From: Blepharisma stoltei ATCC 30299
Taxonomy: Eukaryota; Protista; Ciliophora
Direction of reading: 5' to 3'
Length of the DNA stretch: 64,000 nt
NCBI GenBank assembly: GCA_965603825.1
Contig: CBFDEM010000051.1
Span: forward strand, 558,001 to 622,000
The notes below the pieces were generated by a model. The model had not been told where the DNA came from and made no database searches. It saw only the letters and a program-made list of their open reading frames with translations. Within the stretch, counting starts at the first letter, position 1, and each line of letters opens with the position of its first letter. This document shows positions 1 to 12,676 of this stretch, piece after piece. The translations under genes and the position numbers were made by a program.

Positions 1-83
1 CAATGACCAAGGCTTAGGTTTATGCTGTTTGAATCTTGGCTAATAATTTTACATAGAATTCTGATTTAAATAACTATAATAAT

Positions 84-2111
84 ATGAACTCTCATAGTGA
101 GCTTAAATTTAACCCACAAGGAGTTATGGGGAGAATGGAATGATTTAGAGATTTAAGAAGAATCTTTAATAAATTTGGAATACAAGAAAACAAAAACTCC
201 GAAAATGACATAGATTCAATTCAAAAAATTCAATTATTAGAAGAGCTTAATAATCGAGCTCACAAGTTCGAGCTACAATCTCCTTCTGATATTGATGCTA
301 ATAACTCAACAACATATTTTAGCTTTGAAGAAGTCTTAAACTGTCTAAAATCGTCTGATTCTAAAATTTTGACATGAGACAAAGTCATTGATTTGCTGAT
401 ATCATTATCAGTCACACTAAAAAGCAAAAAAACCCAGAGAAAACCTGATAAAAGTTACTATAGAAATCCTTCAATAGATATAGAAAATCCTCAGCAAATA
501 GAAGTAACACCTTATACGATAGATGAACTTTCAAGTATTCTAGATCAAGCAAATGCTCCGCCCAAGCCGTATCATGGATGCTTATCGTTAAAAGATTTAA
601 GGACCCCTATTAAAAGCTTTAGGGAAACTCCAGATGATAGAATTAATAATACACTTTCTCGATGCTCTAGTTCAATAAAACTCTTGTGCAGTGAAATCGA
701 AAACTATGAGAAAATAAACTCAGGGAATTCTTATGATTTAAGTTTTCCTGGAAATAAAAGCTCTATTGTCCCAGAAGCAAAATTAAGAAAATATGGGAAT
801 TCACTATTATATCTAAGTTTGGCTGGGAATTTATTGACTCATACAAAATGGGAGTTTCCTGAATCGCTGATAATTTTGAATTTAGCTTCAAATGAAATCC
901 AAGAATTTAGTATGTCCAAAAGCTTGCCAAGCCTAAAATTATTGAACTTAAGCAATAATAGAATTAGAACTATTGGAACTTTGCCAAGGATTAAAGAAAT
1001 AATTGAGCTTTATGCAGGCTATAATTGCTTAACTTCAGTAAGTACCTTATGCAAGCTAGAAAAACTTAAAATTTTAGATATCCAGCATAACTCGATATCA
1101 AACTTTGAAGATATTGCGATATTATCAATAAATCCAAAGCTCACAACTATGAATATAAAAGGAAATCCTATAGAATCTCGACTTAATTTTCAAGAGTCAA
1201 TAAAAATAACTCTACCGAAAGTTTACAACTTAAACCCTACAAGTATTTTTGAATTTTCTGAATTTAAAGATTTTGGATATATGCCTTTTATTCCACTCAA
1301 AAAACCTCCAGAGCACTCTAAGCCATATCGTCCAATAGGCCCAGATTCTTCTATAAAAGAGAATTTTTCCATTGAAACTCCTCGGCCATTAACGCCTGTA
1401 AAACCTCAAAGTGTTTCTTATTCCCTCAACAGTTCAAAAATCCAAGAAAGTTTTATAAGTCTATCAGAGAGAACCAAGATTGCAGCTGCCCCTCAAGCTT
1501 CTTTTCGTAGCACAAAGCATGATGAAGAAGAGTTTGAAACCCCTATAAATTTCTCAGAAATTCCTTTTCAAATTCCAACACCTAGGAGTGAAGAATTTCC
1601 ATCAAGGCAAAGATCTCAATCAGTGACTAAAATTTCTATGGCTAATTCAATGAGCCAGATGCCGGCCAATAAATATTTAGTATCACAAGGACACAATACG
1701 GAAATTAATTCAGCCCAACATAATAAAAGTGATGTTGAGAGTTCTTACAATTCAATGCCTCAGGCAAAGACACTTTCTAAACTATTTGAGAGTTCCAGAA
1801 ATAAAAACAAAGAAGATGCATATGAAGAAATGATGAGCTTTATGTCACAAGCTGAAAATAGAATTAAAAAGGAGCCAGAAATAAAAGAAAATTTCATTGA
1901 AAGTGCTATTAATGCAGCATCAGCCCCTATTTTAAAATTCAAAAATGAATATGGGATTAGACCTGTAAAGGTAAACTATGGAAATCCAGAAGCTGCATTA
2001 ATGATTGGACCACCTGCTATAAAACCTCAAGTAAAGCAAAAACAGTCTGAAAGTGCTTATGACAGGACCCAGTATGAAGGGATAAGAGCCAAAGGAAATT
2101 CTATGATGTAA
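84..2111 (+). CDS. Leucine-rich repeat protein (SDS22-like LRRs, long disordered tail)
   Basis: ATG at 84 is in frame with ORF 393..2111 through TGA(Trp) at 141 and 375; LxxLxLxxNxI repeats (LYLSLAGNLL, LNLASNEI, LNLSNNRI, LDIQHNSI). Confidence 0.8.
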
Positions 2112-2130
2112 CCTATTTACTTAATTTATA

Positions 2131-3006
2131 TTATATATCAAAATTACTCCGAAAGATTTTATTTTCTTCTTTATCAATTTTTTCAAAAATGATTTCTGAT
2201 CTATCTTCATATATAGCTGTGATTCTTGTTGTTTTGTTGTTAACTTGGATTACTTCTAATGCTGATCTAATTGAATTTAACGCCTTAGAAATTCCAGTAT
2301 CAATAAAAATTGCTTTTTGATTGCATTTTTCTGTGATTTGTTGAAAGATAGTATGTCCCATTACCATAAATTCAGCTTCCAAAATTTTCAATGTTTTCAC
2401 CACGTCATCACAAATCACTCTTTCTTTTTCTAATGCATACCCTCGATACCATAAAGGTCCACTGCTTCCGTATAAAATCTTTTTATCGTAATTACTTGTT
2501 CTATAAAGAAAATTGATATTTTCTATTGTTTTGTACTCTTCAGCAATTTCAAGGCTTATTCCTCCATGCATAAATACAATGTCACCTATCCTCTCTATAA
2601 TCTTCTTATCACTCAGATATTTCCCATATTTTCCTTCCTTTTTAAATGCTTGCCCTCTTGCAGAGCTTCCCCTGAAAGACTGTAAATCGCCTCTACTCAC
2701 ATATCTTCAATCACCCCTTATGTTCATTTCTTCATGGTTTCCTAGCAAATGAATTATATTTTTGTGTGAATTTTCTATTAAAAAATCCAAAATTTTTATT
2801 GTATCGTCTCCTCTATCTATTGTATCTCCAGTGATCAATAGCAAGTCTTCTGATTTCCAATTCGTGAAATTTAAAATGCTCATGAATGCATCAAAGTCTC
2901 CGTGTAGGTCTCCAATAACTATCATCCTGGTTGTGTTTTTATATGGCTGTATGCTTTTTCCTGCATAAATTCCAGCTAAAAACCCTAAAATAATTAATTT
3001 TTTCAT
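2131..3006 (-). CDS. Shewanella-like (Shelph/SLP) metallophosphoesterase with N-terminal signal peptide
   Basis: Two ORFs join through TGA at 2707-2709, giving GNHEEMNIRGD-W-RYV; motifs GDLHGD, GDTIDRG, HGG, GPLWYRG, GHT, IDTG. Confidence 0.9.
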
Positions 3007-3035
3007 TTTATTTCTATTCTAAATTTATTAGAGAT

Positions 3036-4535
3036 TTACAAAGGCGGGATCAAGTTTTGTGATGTGAGCTGAAGACCGTTCATATTATGCAGCCCCACAA
3101 CATGTGAATCGATATAAGGCAACTCAGGCGGCTTAAATTCTGGATCAAGGACTTTGGCCTTGGCAGCTAAAGCATCCCATTTGGCTTCTGCCTGCGCTCT
3201 TTGTGGCAGGTTGTGCATGATACTAAGGGAGTTGTTTCTCGCCATATCTCTTGATCCGGTTTGTAGAGCTCTATCAAAAGCTACTGGGTCTATTTCTTTG
3301 AGAATCACTTTCAGAGCATTGAGTGATTCTTGAAGAATTTTATGCCAATGGGTATCAGCTAATTCTACAATGATCGGCACGACCATTGGGAAAGTGACTT
3401 GTTTGAATGTTCTAAGAATTCCTAAGAAATAATCGTTCTCGAAAAAACACATTGCTCTGTCGGCAACCTGAAGCTGAGGCCCAGATATGCATCTTACTAG
3501 TCTCTTAAACAGTTTCGGGATAAGTGGCTCCAGCTTTGCAAGCTCACAGACTTCTAAAACATCCTGCAACTCTGACAAAAATAGAGTTTCTTTAGGTGAG
3601 TTGCCAAATGGCCAATATCTCAATAACCCTTCTACGAGTGGGATTGCTAATGAATGGTCTTTACTTAAAAACAGCATTGAGCATCTCAGCAGCTGCTCAT
3701 GGAAAATATGAGAAGTCTGGACCTTGTGTAGCGGGATCATCGCAATTTTGAAGAAAATTACATGCTCTTCTCTTAGAGGTACCGCAAATCCACTAATGAT
3801 TGATGCCAAAATATCCAGTAGCTCGCTAGCTCCATTGAATCGTTGTGTATCGTGAATCATTGTCAAGAAACAATCATTAATCGCTTTTCTGATCATTTTT
3901 CTTCTAGGCACCAATTTTGCGTAAAGTCTATGCAAAATGTTTTTCAGGTAATCTCTTTCTCTCGGCTCCTCGCTATCGAAAAGTTGCAAGAAATCTTGTA
4001 TGAATGACGGAGTAACATAGATTTTAAGGCTTTTTACGTCAGTGGCTTCACAGATAATTAATTCAAAAAAGAACTCATAAACACCTTGCAAATGTGGCCA
4101 AGCTGGGTCGATGACAATGTCTTCATCATCAACTCCTCCTCCTTCTCCTGGAGATAGCTTTTCGCCTCCTTTTTTGTCCATAGGGAGAGGCCTAAAAATG
4201 TTTTTCTTGATCATATCTATGACCAGGTCAAGATGAGGGATGACATACTGGGCAACATTTTTGGAATCGTTGAGGAATTCTTTGAGTTCTTGCAAAGCAG
4301 CGAGACGATCGGCTTTGGGCTTCACATCTTTGTTATCGTCTGAGTAGTCAAAGGTGACGCTACACATTTGAACTCTCTTTAAAAACATTTCTTTGGCATC
4401 CTTTGTGTTATGCTTAGGATCAGCTTGAGCTTTGCCACGCACTGGAGCTGCAGTCGGTCCTTTGCCGGTTTTTGCTCCTACTTTTCCTCGACTGGCAGCT
4501 GTGTTTTGGCTTTTGTATGCGCTTGGTCCTGACAT
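3036..4535 (-). CDS. PPP2R5: PP2A regulatory subunit B' (B56)
   Basis: Motifs DPAWPHLQxVYE, LFDSEEPRERDYLKNILHRLY, NGASELL, QVADRA. Confidence 0.95.
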   Translation of the reverse strand: MSGPSAYKSQNTAASRGKVGAKTGKGPTAAPVRGKAQADPKHNTKDAKEMFLKRVQMCSVTFDYSDDNKDVKPKADRLAALQELKEFLNDSKNVAQYVIPHLDLVIDMIKKNIFRPLPMDKKGGEKLSPGEGGGVDDEDIVIDPAWPHLQGVYEFFFELIICEATDVKSLKIYVTPSFIQDFLQLFDSEEPRERDYLKNILHRLYAKLVPRRKMIRKAINDCFLTMIHDTQRFNGASELLDILASIISGFAVPLREEHVIFFKIAMIPLHKVQTSHIFHEQLLRCSMLFLSKDHSLAIPLVEGLLRYWPFGNSPKETLFLSELQDVLEVCELAKLEPLIPKLFKRLVRCISGPQLQVADRAMCFFENDYFLGILRTFKQVTFPMVVPIIVELADTHWHKILQESLNALKVILKEIDPVAFDRALQTGSRDMARNNSLSIMHNLPQRAQAEAKWDALAAKAKVLDPEFKPPELPYIDSHVVGLHNMNGLQLTSQNLIPPL

Positions 4536-4819
4536 ACTGAATAGTTATATAATAAGAAATGTTATTTACTAATCATTGGCCAGTTCAGAAATTTGAATAA
4601 TCAATTGTTTCAAGGGAATTAAATACTAAACAGAATTATTTTTTCTCGGAAATTAAGGGCACATAAAAATCCTGGACAAAAGAGGCACAAAAATTGTTTA
4701 AAGATAAAATAATAAAGAAATAAGAATAAGAATTTATTTATAAGAGGAAAATAAATAACGACTTCATAATTCCTTTTTTTCAAATGATTTTTATTTAATA
4801 TTCTATTATTTCTTTTCAT

Positions 4820-5647
4820 ATGGTTGAAAGCAATGTTCTGATTGTAGATAAGCAGCTTCTTGAATCTTGCTTACAATGTCCAATCTGCTTTGAGTATTTC
4901 ACAATTCCTATATATCAATGCGACAGTGGGCACTCAATTTGTGATCGTTGTTCCCAAAGAACCCAAAAATGTCCATCGTGCAGAGAGGTAATTGGACGAA
5001 AATTAAGGAATTATCATCTAGAGCAGCAGCTTTATCAATGTGAGTATACATGCCAATTTACTGGCTGCAATGAAAAAGTAAAACTTTCAGCAAGGCTTGA
5101 GCATGAAGAAGAATGCAGACACAATCCAAACTACCAGTGTTTGTTAACAAACTGCAAGTGAAAAGGGCAACTAGACTCATTATTGAGCCATCTCAATACT
5201 AAACATAAAATTCCTCACTATGACATTACAGGAAATACAGCAGAATACTCATCAAGGCTTAGATCTAGTTCATTGCCACCGACAGCTGGCTGTGTAAAAC
5301 TGTTGCATACTTTTTATATAACAGAGGATCAAACTTGTACAATTTTGACGTATATTTTTATGGATTCTTTGAAAAATTTATTTTATCCTCAATTTCGGAC
5401 ACTTGGGAAAATCCCTGCTAAATTCACGTTAAAAATTTGGAATACTGATTCAGATGAAAATGAAGAAATTGTTATAGCAGGAATGGCAGAAACAGCTAAA
5501 AATAGCTTAGACGAAGAAAGAGAGAAAAAACAATGTATAGCTCTGGATTTGGAGAGCTTGATAAATAGGTTTGCATTTCAGGATAAAGTTGAACGAGGGC
5601 ACAAGTTACTGCACTACAGATTGACAATAGAAATGAAAGAAAATTAA
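4820..5647 (+). CDS. SINA/Siah-type RING E3 ubiquitin ligase
   Basis: RING CPICFEY..QCDSGHSICDRC..CPSCR plus SINA zinc fingers; TGA 5159-5161 supplies the W in C-K-W-KG..L..HL. Confidence 0.85.
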
Positions 5648-5737
5648 TTTGTATGCTAATCTTATTGATATAATTGGAATCTACAAATTAACTATATATA
5701 TGTTGCTTTTATAATAAATCTTTGTTACTTAATTGAG

Positions 5738-8149
5738 TTAGCTCTGATTTTGTGATTCTTCAATAAGTTCTGTAACTGCTCTTGGGTGTCTATGCTTATG
5801 CTGTGCACTTCTAGAAAGTTCCAAAAATGTTTCTGCATCATATAATCTTGCGACTTGTAAAACATTTTTGACTGATTTTTGTATGTTTTCACTTGGATCA
5901 TCTAAATGAACAAGAAGAGTTTCTATCATGAATTTGTAATTCCCAAATCTGATTCCTCTTTCTAAAATAACTTTAAATAGCTTCTCAAGCGGGACACAAA
6001 TTATCATTCTAATATAATCTTGAGAGTCATCAAGTCTTTTTAGCAGCTCTGGATAAATACCTGATACCAAGATTTCATCAAGGATGTGTGAATAGAATTC
6101 AAAAAATGAGATTATGACTCTGCAAGCAGAAATTCTTAAATCTTTATCCCAATCGTCATCTAAACAAGTTTTTACCACAGGAAATACTTTATCTCATAAT
6201 TCTACGAGTACAGAGTCTTCAATAAGCATTTTCCCAATCAGCTTTTCAAGACAAAGCATACTAGAAACTCTTATTTCTACATTAGAAATCCCTACCTTTC
6301 AGGCAGCTGTAGGAACAATAATGCTTTCTAATATTTTTCTACAGTAACTTCTTATGTAATTGTCTAATTCAGATAAATTCAACGAGTTTTCGAGAATTAC
6401 AAGCATTGTAAATCTGACTTCAGAATCTTTTTCGCGCTGAGAGTTGACTGACATCACTTCAACAATGGTATCAAAATATTGAGAAACTGCACTTCCTGAT
6501 TTTACAATTAAAGATTTGAATAAGCTTCTTTCTTTTGAGTCGGAGTCCCAGTTTCTATAGTCTCTTGTAAGTAAAGGTAAAGCTGTTGGCAGTTGTGTGG
6601 CATAAAGATCAGATACAGACAATAATCCACAATACTCAGCCAATATTCCCATTGTTTTTTGAACTGATTCTTGAGCTGAAGAATTTTCAAGCAATAAAAG
6701 TGAATGGAAAAGACTATTAACATGTGAAATGCATAAAGACTTAGCTTGCAGAATTAGTGATTCTATTACTAATTGAAGAGATTTTGGAATTTCTGGGTAA
6801 TCGGATAAGTCTTTTTCAGCTATAAAGCTTACTATTTTTTTCATTCGGTCTTCAGTTAAAAGCAGCGAATTCAGCATTTTTGCAAACAAAATCAGTCCTC
6901 CTGATTTTTCTGTAGGTGAAGTTATATCAGTCAAACAAAATTTTCTAAAAAGCGTTAAAACCAAGTCAAAATCACAAAACATTCCGATTTTCTCAATACA
7001 ATTTTCAAATAAAGCAGAAAATGCTTTATCTTCTGATTGTGCATAAGCTTTGAAAATCACTTTAAAGATTGAATCTAAATGAGGAGTTATATGATTTTGT
7101 GCTGCTCTTATTGTATAATCCAGTATAGAAGCTGCTTTACTTCTATAGTGGTCTTGCATTGTTCACTCTTGGATATCATCTAAAGCTAATTGTACCAATT
7201 CTTGAAGATTTCTTAAAATCAAAAACTCTCCAGCATCAGACATTATGTAATCTTCGACGTTTTCTGTGAATTCTTGGGCTAAAACTTTTCTCCTATAGCC
7301 AACATTATCAATTACTTCATTAATTCATGCAAACTCGCTCTCTGAAAATCCACCAAGCAATAAATAGCTCAATTTTCCTTCAAAACTCCTTAAAACTGTA
7401 TACTGTAATTTACACATAATATCTCCTATCACTTTATACAGTACTTCTCTCACCTCTTTTCTCCTATCTAATTGTAGTTTTTTAAAATCCACGATTATGT
7501 CTTCAAATATAAGCGCGCCTTCACATATACATATTTTTCCAAGCGTTGTTAGAGTTTGAAGCCTTACTTTAAACTGCTGATGATATAAATTGTTTCTCAT
7601 GCTATCAAAAATCCTTTTGCTTGAAAATCCTATCCTGTCTCCAAAGGAATCGCATAAAATTGACACAATTTCAGCTATTGAAATTTTAATAGCTGGAGAT
7701 GACTCTTTTCCTTGTTTACACACAATATCAATGATATACCCAAACGAAGGCAATAAAAGATTCCAATGGTTGGTCGCAATAAGTTTTAAAGTAACCGACT
7801 CTTTGACCTTTATTTCTTCACATGTCTCTGGGCATGGATCGTGGCCTAATCTTTCATGAAGCTTTTGAACGATATGAGGAATATCATCTTCGTTAATTTT
7901 ATTTTGTGATAGAAGCTGGTTTATAAGATCGATAACTTTTTCTCTATTGGATTCACTAGAATCGCCAAAAATTTCTATCAAAGCTGGCTTTAGCTTGCTT
8001 GAGAAAAGAGATTTGACATTTTCTGAAGATTCTGACTGAAGAATGTTAGAAAGCTGAACCAGACCGTCTTTACGCTTATTACGGTTCGGATCGTGAAGGA
8101 AATTAATTAGCTGGCCTATGCTAACAGCTTCTTTTAGCCCGCTTTCCAT
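5738..8149 (-). CDS. DNAAF5: Dynein axonemal assembly factor 5 (HEATR2), HEAT repeats
   Basis: Three ORFs join in frame via TGA at 7325, 7163 and 6299 (DDIQE-W, PTAA-W-KVG); C-terminal IYPELLKRLDDS and LLVHLDDP motifs. Confidence 0.85.
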
Positions 8150-8560
8150 TTATTATTTAAGTAGAATAAGGAAATTGTAAAGCAAATAGTAAAAATAGAG
8201 TTTACTATATACAAAGGCAACTAAATAATAAAATAATATTAATTCGAAATATCGCTGCAAGCCATAAACATTATGATGAGTGGTTGATAATGTAGTATTG
8301 AGGTGCATAGACAACATTGTTGGAATTTTTCCGTTTGCATCGACAACACTAATTATTATAGCCACTTGTGGATCATGCGAAGGCTACCGATATAACTACT
8401 AGATTTATTGTAATTTGTTTAATTAGTATAAAAGCAGTAAAAACTCACATTCTTTCTAACACTTGCTTTTGAAAGCAGCTGCAATCTTGCCAAAATAATT
8501 TCATCTTGTTGTGGTTATCTAAAATAAGGCAATTCGAGCTTTAATTTTATTATTAAAAAG

Positions 8561-10963
8561 ATGCTTTCTAAGATCATCAAGCTTACAGGCAGATTTTCGA
8601 CGCAAGGAAAGCTTCCTCCAAGATACAATGAGGCACCCTTACGTCGACAAAGAATCCCTCAAAGAAGCCCTCAAAAAATTCCTAGCTCAAAGAATTTCGG
8701 AAATAGCCAAGAATACAGCCAACATAGCGAATCTCTATCTTCAGCCTCTTTAAGAGGTCCCATGAGATTTGATCATTATTCTGATGTGACATTACTCAAT
8801 TTGCAATCAGAAATTAGAATATTACTCAATTCTTCACATAAATTACTCTCCATAGCCAATTCAATACACCAAGCAAAATCTGATAAAGGTTATGATTATG
8901 AAGGCTCTACGACTAATAGAATGTTTAGGTGGTCAGAATTTTTATACGAGACAAAAGCTTCTACTGATGATATAGCAAAACTAATCAAAATTATTGAAGA
9001 CAAAGAATTAAATATGAAGCAAATCCGAAAAGAGGAAGCTAAATCTGCTTTACCCAAAGCAAGCCCACAAGTTGAAAAGAAAAGCATTCAGTCTGATTCG
9101 CAACCAGAAATAACTGTAGAGAAGCCAAAAAAAATGGAGACCTCTAAACAGAATGAAGAAAATCTTAGTAAAGAAAGTGGAATTGAAGAAGAGTCCCATA
9201 AAGAAGGGAAGGCCTCTGAACAGATAGAAAAAACTGTCAGCACAGAAAGCGGGGATGAAAATGATTCTGCCAACATTAACGAGCTTTACAAATCATGCTA
9301 CAGTACAATGCAAAACCGTATGAGTAAAAGCATGCTAGTCGAGAAACTCAAAACAATCGACACTTCCGCCTTTGGAGATCTCACTGAAAGCCAATCTAGT
9401 ACAATTTGTTTGGCTCTATTACAATGCTACTCAGAAGAAACTAAAGATGTCATAGCTAAAGCTTTAACTTATCTCGACACAAGTTTCGCAAAAAGCCTCA
9501 AAGATTATAAAAACTCAAAAGAAATCGAGTTATTCCTTCAAAATCGTTTGAAAATTTATAAAGACTGTGATATTCCGATAGCAAATAAACTTCAAAGTGC
9601 TTTATCTGAGTTTATGACTCAAAGCTGCGATCCGATAAACGAGATAACTCTAATCAACATCATTATGCATCTGCTGCATCCTATTAAAAACCAGACTTCT
9701 TTTATTGCTGATTTAACTCAATTGGTAAATAAAATCAAGCTAGTTGACTTGCAGACTTCGTTTTCAGAAGTTTTGGACAACATATTAGATACTTTTACAT
9801 CTGCATTAGAAATGGTAAAGAACAAAGATGCTCAGCTTGAAATAGCTGAAAAAAGAGAGTTATTTGAATCAATCATGGACATCCTAGCCGTGCGCTTTAT
9901 CAAAGGGGATTTGGCGTTTGATCTTACGTCAAAGTATATCAATGCCTTCACCCCTACGAAAAATAAAGAAAACCTCTTAAAGATACTTACAAATCCTGAT
10001 CATCTTGCCTTGAAAAGCATCGAAAATAAGTCTATTCTTCCTTTATTGAAAACAGGACTACAGACTTACAGCGACGACTATAAAAAACTCTGCGAATATG
10101 TCTTAAAGCCTATTTATGAGATTTTTTTCACCAGGCTAAGTAATATCAAGAATCAGATGATGGTTGAAATTCTGGAATCTCTTATGAAAACTTGCTATTA
10201 CCTCGAAAACAAAGTTGACGATGCTTGCAGACTTATTTTAGCTGATTTAACTCGTGGCAGAAAAGAAAATAAATTAGAAGCTTTTTATAGCATCCTTAAA
10301 TTTATTTGGGATTCCACAGGACAGGTTGACAAGGAAAACTTTGAAAAGCTTGCAGATTTGATATTTAAATTTTCTGGAGACGAAGCTGAAAGTATGCTAA
10401 TAAATGTAGCTACTTTGCTATCTCAGGTCGATCTTGATTTAGATGATTTCTGGCAGGAGTTTTTCAAAGAAGTAGAAATTACATATAAGCACGAAGAAAA
10501 ATATTATAAAAGCCTTTATCAGATTCTATTGAATTTGAATGGGACGCCAAAATATGATACTTATCGACACACTTTAGAACCATACGCAAGTATAATGGAG
10601 ACGAATTACAAAGAAGATGTTGAAAAAGCATACAGGCAGCATCAAAAACCCCGCGCTTATGAGTTTTTGAATAATTTACTAAAAGAAAGAAAAATTGAGT
10701 ATCAAGAAAATTTTTATGATGGATTTTACTTCGATTTTGCAATACCTTCACAGAAGATTGCAATATCACTTATGTCTTATGAAAATTACGTGTTTCCTGA
10801 GCTGCAAATAAAGCAAAGCTCACTAGCGCCAACCCGCTACCTGGAAAGTAAAGGCTGGAAAGTTTGCAATGTACCGTACTTTGCATTAAATTCTTCAAAA
10901 TTAGCAGGAGCAGTTGAGTCAGTTTTAGATTTCAATAAACCAGATAATACAAATAATCAGTAA
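8561..10963 (+). CDS. RAP-domain protein (FASTK-like), probably mitochondrial RNA-binding
   Basis: Basic N-terminal presequence-like region; C-terminal FDFAIPSQKIAISL...RYLESKGWKVCNVPYF resembles a RAP domain. Confidence 0.7.
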   Translation: MLSKIIKLTGRFSTQGKLPPRYNEAPLRRQRIPQRSPQKIPSSKNFGNSQEYSQHSESLSSASLRGPMRFDHYSDVTLLNLQSEIRILLNSSHKLLSIANSIHQAKSDKGYDYEGSTTNRMFRWSEFLYETKASTDDIAKLIKIIEDKELNMKQIRKEEAKSALPKASPQVEKKSIQSDSQPEITVEKPKKMETSKQNEENLSKESGIEEESHKEGKASEQIEKTVSTESGDENDSANINELYKSCYSTMQNRMSKSMLVEKLKTIDTSAFGDLTESQSSTICLALLQCYSEETKDVIAKALTYLDTSFAKSLKDYKNSKEIELFLQNRLKIYKDCDIPIANKLQSALSEFMTQSCDPINEITLINIIMHLLHPIKNQTSFIADLTQLVNKIKLVDLQTSFSEVLDNILDTFTSALEMVKNKDAQLEIAEKRELFESIMDILAVRFIKGDLAFDLTSKYINAFTPTKNKENLLKILTNPDHLALKSIENKSILPLLKTGLQTYSDDYKKLCEYVLKPIYEIFFTRLSNIKNQMMVEILESLMKTCYYLENKVDDACRLILADLTRGRKENKLEAFYSILKFIWDSTGQVDKENFEKLADLIFKFSGDEAESMLINVATLLSQVDLDLDDFWQEFFKEVEITYKHEEKYYKSLYQILLNLNGTPKYDTYRHTLEPYASIMETNYKEDVEKAYRQHQKPRAYEFLNNLLKERKIEYQENFYDGFYFDFAIPSQKIAISLMSYENYVFPELQIKQSSLAPTRYLESKGWKVCNVPYFALNSSKLAGAVESVLDFNKPDNTNNQ

Positions 10964-11023
10964 ATTTGGCTGAAATTCGATAATAATGAGTTGTTAATTA
11001 ATAATAAATCTAGTGTTTAAAAA

Positions 11024-12467
11024 TTATTTAATAGGAGAGCTATACCGTAGGCTTGACCGGGACTTTGAAAATCTATACCGAACAGGAGTTAATTCCACTC
11101 TAACTCCACGGTCATTAGATTTCTCATCTTTTAAAGGATTTAGCTCAACTCAAAAATGTCGGTTTCTCCTGCTTATTGCTTCTTTTTTATAAATGTCAAT
11201 TTTTTCTTTTTCTTTTTTAACAATTTTCGTGTGGTTTTCAGGGCTTGAATATGGACTTTGGACAAAACTAGGTGATGGTGATCTTCTTACGAATGGAGAC
11301 TGAACTTTACTTGCATTTAAAACTACTTCTCCAGATAATTTTTGGAAAATTTTGGCTCGCGAAGAAGGCCTCATAGGTGATGGAGTAAGATTTTTCGCTC
11401 TGAAATCTTTTACTTTTTTGATAGAAAGACTTTTTCTGGTGATATCGTTAGGTTTCAGACCTTTATCAAATGGCTTATTTTCAATTAAAGGCAGCTTTTC
11501 TTTGAATTCTTCAGGATCAATTTGAAGGAAATCCTCAGGCAAAAATTTTAAAAATAAAATTTCAAATATGATATTATCAAAATCTTGGCTGATTAAGAGT
11601 TCATCATTTAAGGGCTGATTAATGAAATGCATTTCTCCATCTAATGAAGGCATGTCATTAATTTTCTTGTGTTCCTGGGATTCTGGAAAAAATTCGAAAG
11701 TTGATGTGCTTTCGCATGATTCCACATTTATATTTCCGATCTCAATTTTTTCTATAAATCCTTTAGCAATATTTTTAATTTTAAGGCTTTCTATGCATTC
11801 CATCATTTCTCTGCACAATTTGATAGTCGATTCTGTATTTTTTTCTAGTTTTAGCTTTACTCCGCCTAAGCATAAGCTGATAATTCCACACAATTCTTTT
11901 TGATTCTCTTCAGTAAGTTTTGTATTTAAATTTCCACACATGACTTCTGTGATTATATCTGAGGCTAATTCTATATAAGTGGCTGCTTTTTGAAAATGCT
12001 TTATAGATCACATGATAATAAAGGTCACTATGTGGCAGCATAATTGGATATCAGCCTCAAAAGTTTTGTTGTGCTTATTTGCTGTCAAAATTACTGATTG
12101 AATTTCATATATGAATCTTAAAGCCTGATGGTTTTTATGTGCCCAAACTATAGAAAAATTACTTATAAAAGAAAAATGCCATGGTTGAATAAAACAGAAG
12201 TTTTTCTTGTGATAGTGAATGCTTGGGAATTTTTGAGGCAAAAAAGTCTATTTTGAGAGCTTTATTAAGAATTTGGGAAGCTTCAAAGAGCTTATGATGC
12301 TGAATTAAAATTATCCCGAGAGATGTAGCTTCACTAATAAAACTTAAAAACCGAGAATAATGATCAGAATTGTCAATAACAATGAGCTTGCGAAGTTTTT
12401 CAAGTTTTTTATATTCAGTAGATAATTCTTGCAATGTTTCTTGTATTGAATAATATTTATCGTCCAT
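11024..12467 (-). CDS. Hypothetical protein with TPR-like N-terminus; atypical junction near 12150
   Basis: ORFs 12008..12241 and 11150..11941 join via TGA at 12008 and read through TGA 11150 to TAA 11024; joining to 12159..12467 needs a 3n+1 removal at 12162. Confidence 0.55.
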
Positions 12468-12676
12468 GCTAAGTGAGTTAAGTTAATTTTTATTTAAATC
12501 TTATGAAAATTAAAATCGAATTTTTATATGATAGTTGAAAAGCTACTTATCGGATTTGTTGTGCGAAATAGTGAGTGAAAATCCTGTCCTTTGCATGAGT
12601 GTAATTTACAATTAATAGCAAGTTGTTAAATAAGCAATTAAGTCTAAGTATTTATATAATAATTCTATTACATCTA

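Noticed and set aside
4619-4819. 66-aa minus-strand ORF
   Set aside because: AT-rich divergent promoter between PP2A-B56 and SINA; composition is non-coding
8153-8540. Small ORF 8153..8365 or a possible C/D snoRNA (ATGATGA near 8273)
   Set aside because: No ATG start or recognisable domain; no matching D box CTGA nearby
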